Shown here: positions 60,750-64,000 of the stretch, piece by piece | How the letters are laid out: each line of letters begins with the position of its first letter | How positions within the stretch are numbered: position 1 is the first letter of the stretch | Assembly: GCA_050916045.1 (NCBI GenBank) | Contig: CP051526.1 | Location: 800,001-864,000 of the forward strand | DNA from: Tepidisphaera sp. | Lineage (GTDB): Bacteria; Planctomycetota; Phycisphaerae; Phycisphaerales; UBA1924 | Reading direction: 5' to 3' | Length of the DNA: 64,000 nt | Made by a program: the position numbers and the translations under genes | Notes under the pieces: model-generated | Seen by the model: the letters and a program-made list of their open reading frames with translations, nothing else | Told to the model about the DNA's origin: nothing | Database searches by the model: none

Positions 60750-61170
60750 AACGAGAACCTCCCTCTCAAGGTCGATGACGAAACAAATTGGTCCCTCTTA
60801 ACAGGCCACACGATTCCCGTTCGTGCCAGTCAAGTTCAGAATTTTTCTGCAAAAAAGCATGTTTCCGGGCGCTTTCGCAGGCCCATTTCGAGCCTCTTCC
60901 TAGCAAAATCCGCCCCCGTAATCCCCCCTGAATTTCGCCAGCACCGGATTCAGTCCCGCCAGGCAAATCGGTACCTAAAGAGGTGATCAAAATTCCATTT
61001 CAGGAGTCCGTTCGAACGCCTGGCTCGGTCAGCCCGCCGACCGGCCAGGTTGCCGTCAGCTTGGTGAGTTCCCACAGAAGTTCCCCAGCCGAAGGTTTGT
61101 GGACCTTCTTGGTGCGCCGGCGGGTATGCTGCAGCTCGCCGTTTTTGCGCGGCACCCGGAGCCGACCCTT

Positions 61171-63471
61171 ATGTCGATGCGTCGCGACCTCTTCCTTCTT
61201 GCGTTCCTGCTCGCCGGCTCCCAGGGAGCCCAGCTCTCCGCCCAGACCCCGCCCGGCTTCTACGCCGGGCAGATGGTCGTGCGGGCCAACGTCACGGATG
61301 CACGCCAACTCATGCAGGTCTCCGGCTTGACCGAGTCCTTCTGGTCCCACCGAATCGGGCTGGGTGAGCTCGACCTCCAGGTGACCGCCGAAGCCCAGCG
61401 GGCACTCGTCGAGCTCGGCATCCAGCACCAGATCCTGATTCCCGACCTCCAAAAGCTCGTCGACGACGAACGCCGGCAGATCGAACAAGCCGCTTCCCGC
61501 GAGGACGCCCAGTGGTACGAAACCTACCGCCCGCTCGCGGAGATCAACGCCTACGGCCTCGGCCTAGTGAACGCCCATCCGACCCTCGCCACCCGTCAGC
61601 AGGTCGGCACCAGCCTTGAAGGACGCCCCATCTGGGCGCTCCGGCTCTCAAGCCCGGATCTCCCCGGCAATCCGCGATCCACGCGGCCCCAGCTCGTCTT
61701 CAACGCCTGTCAGCACGCTCGCGAATGGGTCACGCCGCCGACCGCTCTCTATCTCGCCGAGCGCCTGCTCGCCGATCACGCGACGGATGCGCGGGTTCGC
61801 GCGCTCATGAACTGGGCGGAGATCGTCGTCATCCCCATGAGCAACCCGGACGGGTACGAGTACACATGGACGAGCGAGCGGTTCTGGCGGAAAAACCGCC
61901 GCAACAACGGCGACGGCTCCTTCGGCGTCGACCTCAACCGCAACTGGGCCGTCGGCTTTGGCGGAAACGATGGCTCAAGCCCCAACCCGTCCAACGACAC
62001 GTACCGCGGCCCTGCGGCTTTCTCAGAGCCTGAGACCGTCGCGCTCCGCGACTACATCCTCTCCCTCGGCCGGGTGAAGGGCACGATGGACATCCATTCG
62101 TACTCGCAGATCATCCTTTCGCCGTGGGGATACACCACCACGCCCCCGTCCGACGCGGCGGCTTTCAACCAGCTCAACTCCCTGCTTGTGGACGCCGTTG
62201 CGGGGCCTTTCGGAAGCTCGTACGAAGCTGGCCAGACCTCGACGATTCTCTACATCGCTTCGGGCACCGCGAGCGACTGGTCGTACGGAACGCTCGACGC
62301 CTTCGGCTACGGTTTGGAGTGCCGCGATACGGGGCAGTTCGGCTTTGCGCTCCCCGCGAATCAGATCCTCGCCAACGCGCAGGAGAACTACCAGCTCGCG
62401 CTGACCTTCGCCGAGTACATCGTGTCGCCGCTCCGGTTCGCGTTCCCTGCGGGCCAGCCCGATTCGCTGACGGTCGATGTTCCCTTCACCCTCGACGTCT
62501 CGATCAACGACGGGCTTCAGGCGCTGAACGCTTCGACGGCGCGGGTGCTTTGGCGCAACTCGCCGAGCGGCTCGTTCACCGCCGCTCCGCTGACGCTCGT
62601 GTCCGGCCGCACGTTCCGTGCTTCGCTCCCCGGACAGCCGTGCGGCCGCACGTTCGAGTATCACGTCGAGGCGCGAACCACGACGAATAGCCTCGTCACC
62701 TGGCCGGCCGACGCTCCGGCCCGCCTGTACTCGGCGCCCGTCAACGGCGTGCCGGTCCCTTCCTGGATCGACGCGGCCGAGTCCGCGGCGGGCTGGACCG
62801 TTGGTGCCGCCGGGGACAACGCGACGACGGGCGTGTGGACCAACGGCGTTCCCCAAGCGACCGCGGCACAGCCCGGCTCGGACCGCTCGCCCGCCGGAAC
62901 TCGCTGCTGGATCACGGACGAACGAGCGGGCGCCGGTGTGGGGACCTACGACGTCGATGGCGGTTCGACGACGCTCACTTCTCCGAGATTCTCCGCGGTT
63001 GCGACGCCCGGCGACGCGACCGTCTCGTACTGGCGCTGGTATTCCAACAACCAGGGCGCCAACCCGGCGACCAACTCGATGCCCATCAGCATCTCAAACG
63101 ACGACGGTGCGACGTGGACCGTCCTCGAAACGGTCACCGAGAACGCCGGAGCGTGGACCTTCCGCTCCTTCCGCGTCGCCGATTTTGTGACGGCCACGGC
63201 AGCCATGCGGCTCAGGTTCGTCGCCAGGGACCTGACGGGCGCGGTCGTGGAAGCCGGCATCGATGACCTTCGCTGCGACATCGCGGGATGCAGCGGCGAT
63301 CCGGCCGACTTCAACGGCGACGGCTTCCTCGATTTCTTCGACTACGACGCGTACGTGCTCTGTTTTGAGACCGGAGAATGCCCGAGCGACCGCACCGCCG
63401 ACTTCAATAGCGATGGGTTCGTCGACTTCTTCGACTACGACGCGTTCGTCGCCGCTTTCGAAGGCGGCTGA
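61171..63471 (+). CDS. Secreted M14 zinc carboxypeptidase with C-terminal dockerin-like tail (ends FEGG, no terminal Cys)
   Basis: HAREW, NPDGY, WRKNRR, GVDLNRN, AFSEPET and DIHSYSQ motifs; tail PADFNGDGFLDFFDY...DFFDYDAFVAAFEGG*. Confidence 0.9.
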   Translation: MSMRRDLFLLAFLLAGSQGAQLSAQTPPGFYAGQMVVRANVTDARQLMQVSGLTESFWSHRIGLGELDLQVTAEAQRALVELGIQHQILIPDLQKLVDDERRQIEQAASREDAQWYETYRPLAEINAYGLGLVNAHPTLATRQQVGTSLEGRPIWALRLSSPDLPGNPRSTRPQLVFNACQHAREWVTPPTALYLAERLLADHATDARVRALMNWAEIVVIPMSNPDGYEYTWTSERFWRKNRRNNGDGSFGVDLNRNWAVGFGGNDGSSPNPSNDTYRGPAAFSEPETVALRDYILSLGRVKGTMDIHSYSQIILSPWGYTTTPPSDAAAFNQLNSLLVDAVAGPFGSSYEAGQTSTILYIASGTASDWSYGTLDAFGYGLECRDTGQFGFALPANQILANAQENYQLALTFAEYIVSPLRFAFPAGQPDSLTVDVPFTLDVSINDGLQALNASTARVLWRNSPSGSFTAAPLTLVSGRTFRASLPGQPCGRTFEYHVEARTTTNSLVTWPADAPARLYSAPVNGVPVPSWIDAAESAAGWTVGAAGDNATTGVWTNGVPQATAAQPGSDRSPAGTRCWITDERAGAGVGTYDVDGGSTTLTSPRFSAVATPGDATVSYWRWYSNNQGANPATNSMPISISNDDGATWTVLETVTENAGAWTFRSFRVADFVTATAAMRLRFVARDLTGAVVEAGIDDLRCDIAGCSGDPADFNGDGFLDFFDYDAYVLCFETGECPSDRTADFNSDGFVDFFDYDAFVAAFEGG

Positions 63472-63510
63472 TCGAGCAGATCCGTCATTCTCGCCCGTCC
63501 ACCGCGCCGC

Positions 63511-63807
63511 TCAGCGGCAGCCGTGCGTGTACGAATGCGAGTGCGAGTAGCTGTTCGAGCGGCGATCGTTCTGATCGCCGACGAAAAGCCCCGTGATCGC
63601 GCCGATGATCGCGCCCGCCGCGGCACCCTTGCCCATGTTGCCCGAAAGCGAGCCCAAGCCCATGCCGGCCAGCGCGCCCAGCGCACCACCGGACACCGCG
63701 CCCTGACCCGCCGTCTCGCAGCCTGAACTCCCCGCGAGCAACGACCCCATCACCACCGCCGCCACACCGACCCGAGCGGCCCGACCTCGAACACGCGACT
63801 GTGCCAT
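63511..63807 (-). CDS. Glycine-zipper lipoprotein (YMGG/Rick_17kDa-like)
   Basis: SSGC lipobox-like; GAVSGGALGALAG...GAAAGAIIGAITG; GAGGAG RBS. Confidence 0.75.
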   Translation of the reverse strand: MAQSRVRGRAARVGVAAVVMGSLLAGSSGCETAGQGAVSGGALGALAGMGLGSLSGNMGKGAAAGAIIGAITGLFVGDQNDRRSNSYSHSHSYTHGCR

Positions 63808-64000
63808 GGTCCGACTCCTCATCCCGCGAAAGCCCCGCACGAGGGCTCCTCGGTTAGTACATACTACGCCCGATCCTTCATCGGGTTCCAGATTCCGCGG
63901 CTTCACCGCAAAGCCCGAAAACTCCCGACTTTGTGGAGGGACCTCCGGAACCAGGCGGACCGGCTTGCAGGGCCTTCGGCCGTGGGGCTACAGGAAGGTG

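Noticed and set aside
63469..63471. TGA at the Cys position read as selenocysteine
   Set aside because: No second stop follows immediately and no clear SECIS-like hairpin is visible; loss of the Cys codon is simpler

Overview
High-GC bacterial chromosomal segment, most likely Planctomycetota/Phycisphaerae. This is inferred from the Gly-Cys-terminated dockerin-like tails, a PEP-CTERM protein and a TsaC-LMW phosphatase fusion. Housekeeping content: UvrD-type helicase (truncated by the window edge), RsmD, SRP RNA, rpsU, membrane pyrophosphatase, liv ABC operon, GspE/PilB ATPase, phoH-7TM-HD, phoBR plus porin, rpiB, ComEC, astA, aminotransferases and tRNA-Cys. The most notable observations are: (1) an accessory islet at about 26.96-29.43 kb, in which ten copies of a 10-bp palindrome (GGTCGCGACC) phased at exactly 21 bp lie between a helical+FN3-like gene and a divergent HEPN nuclease/membrane-protein pair; (2) five tandem secreted proteins, plus a distant sixth, with unrelated cargo but the same C-terminal EF-hand/dockerin-like 'GC' tail, one frameshifted in a G6 run and one lacking the terminal Cys; (3) a tRNA-Cys(GCA) with a long variable arm; (4) an SRP RNA with a UGAC instead of a GNRA loop; (5) an integrase-less 1.8-kb islet bounded by a duplicated 3' end of a DUF2959 gene; (6) a pseudokinase-lipoprotein-pseudokinase/FGE trio reminiscent of T6SS regulators; (7) many apparently leaderless genes. 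All family assignments come from motif recognition by eye, not from database searches.
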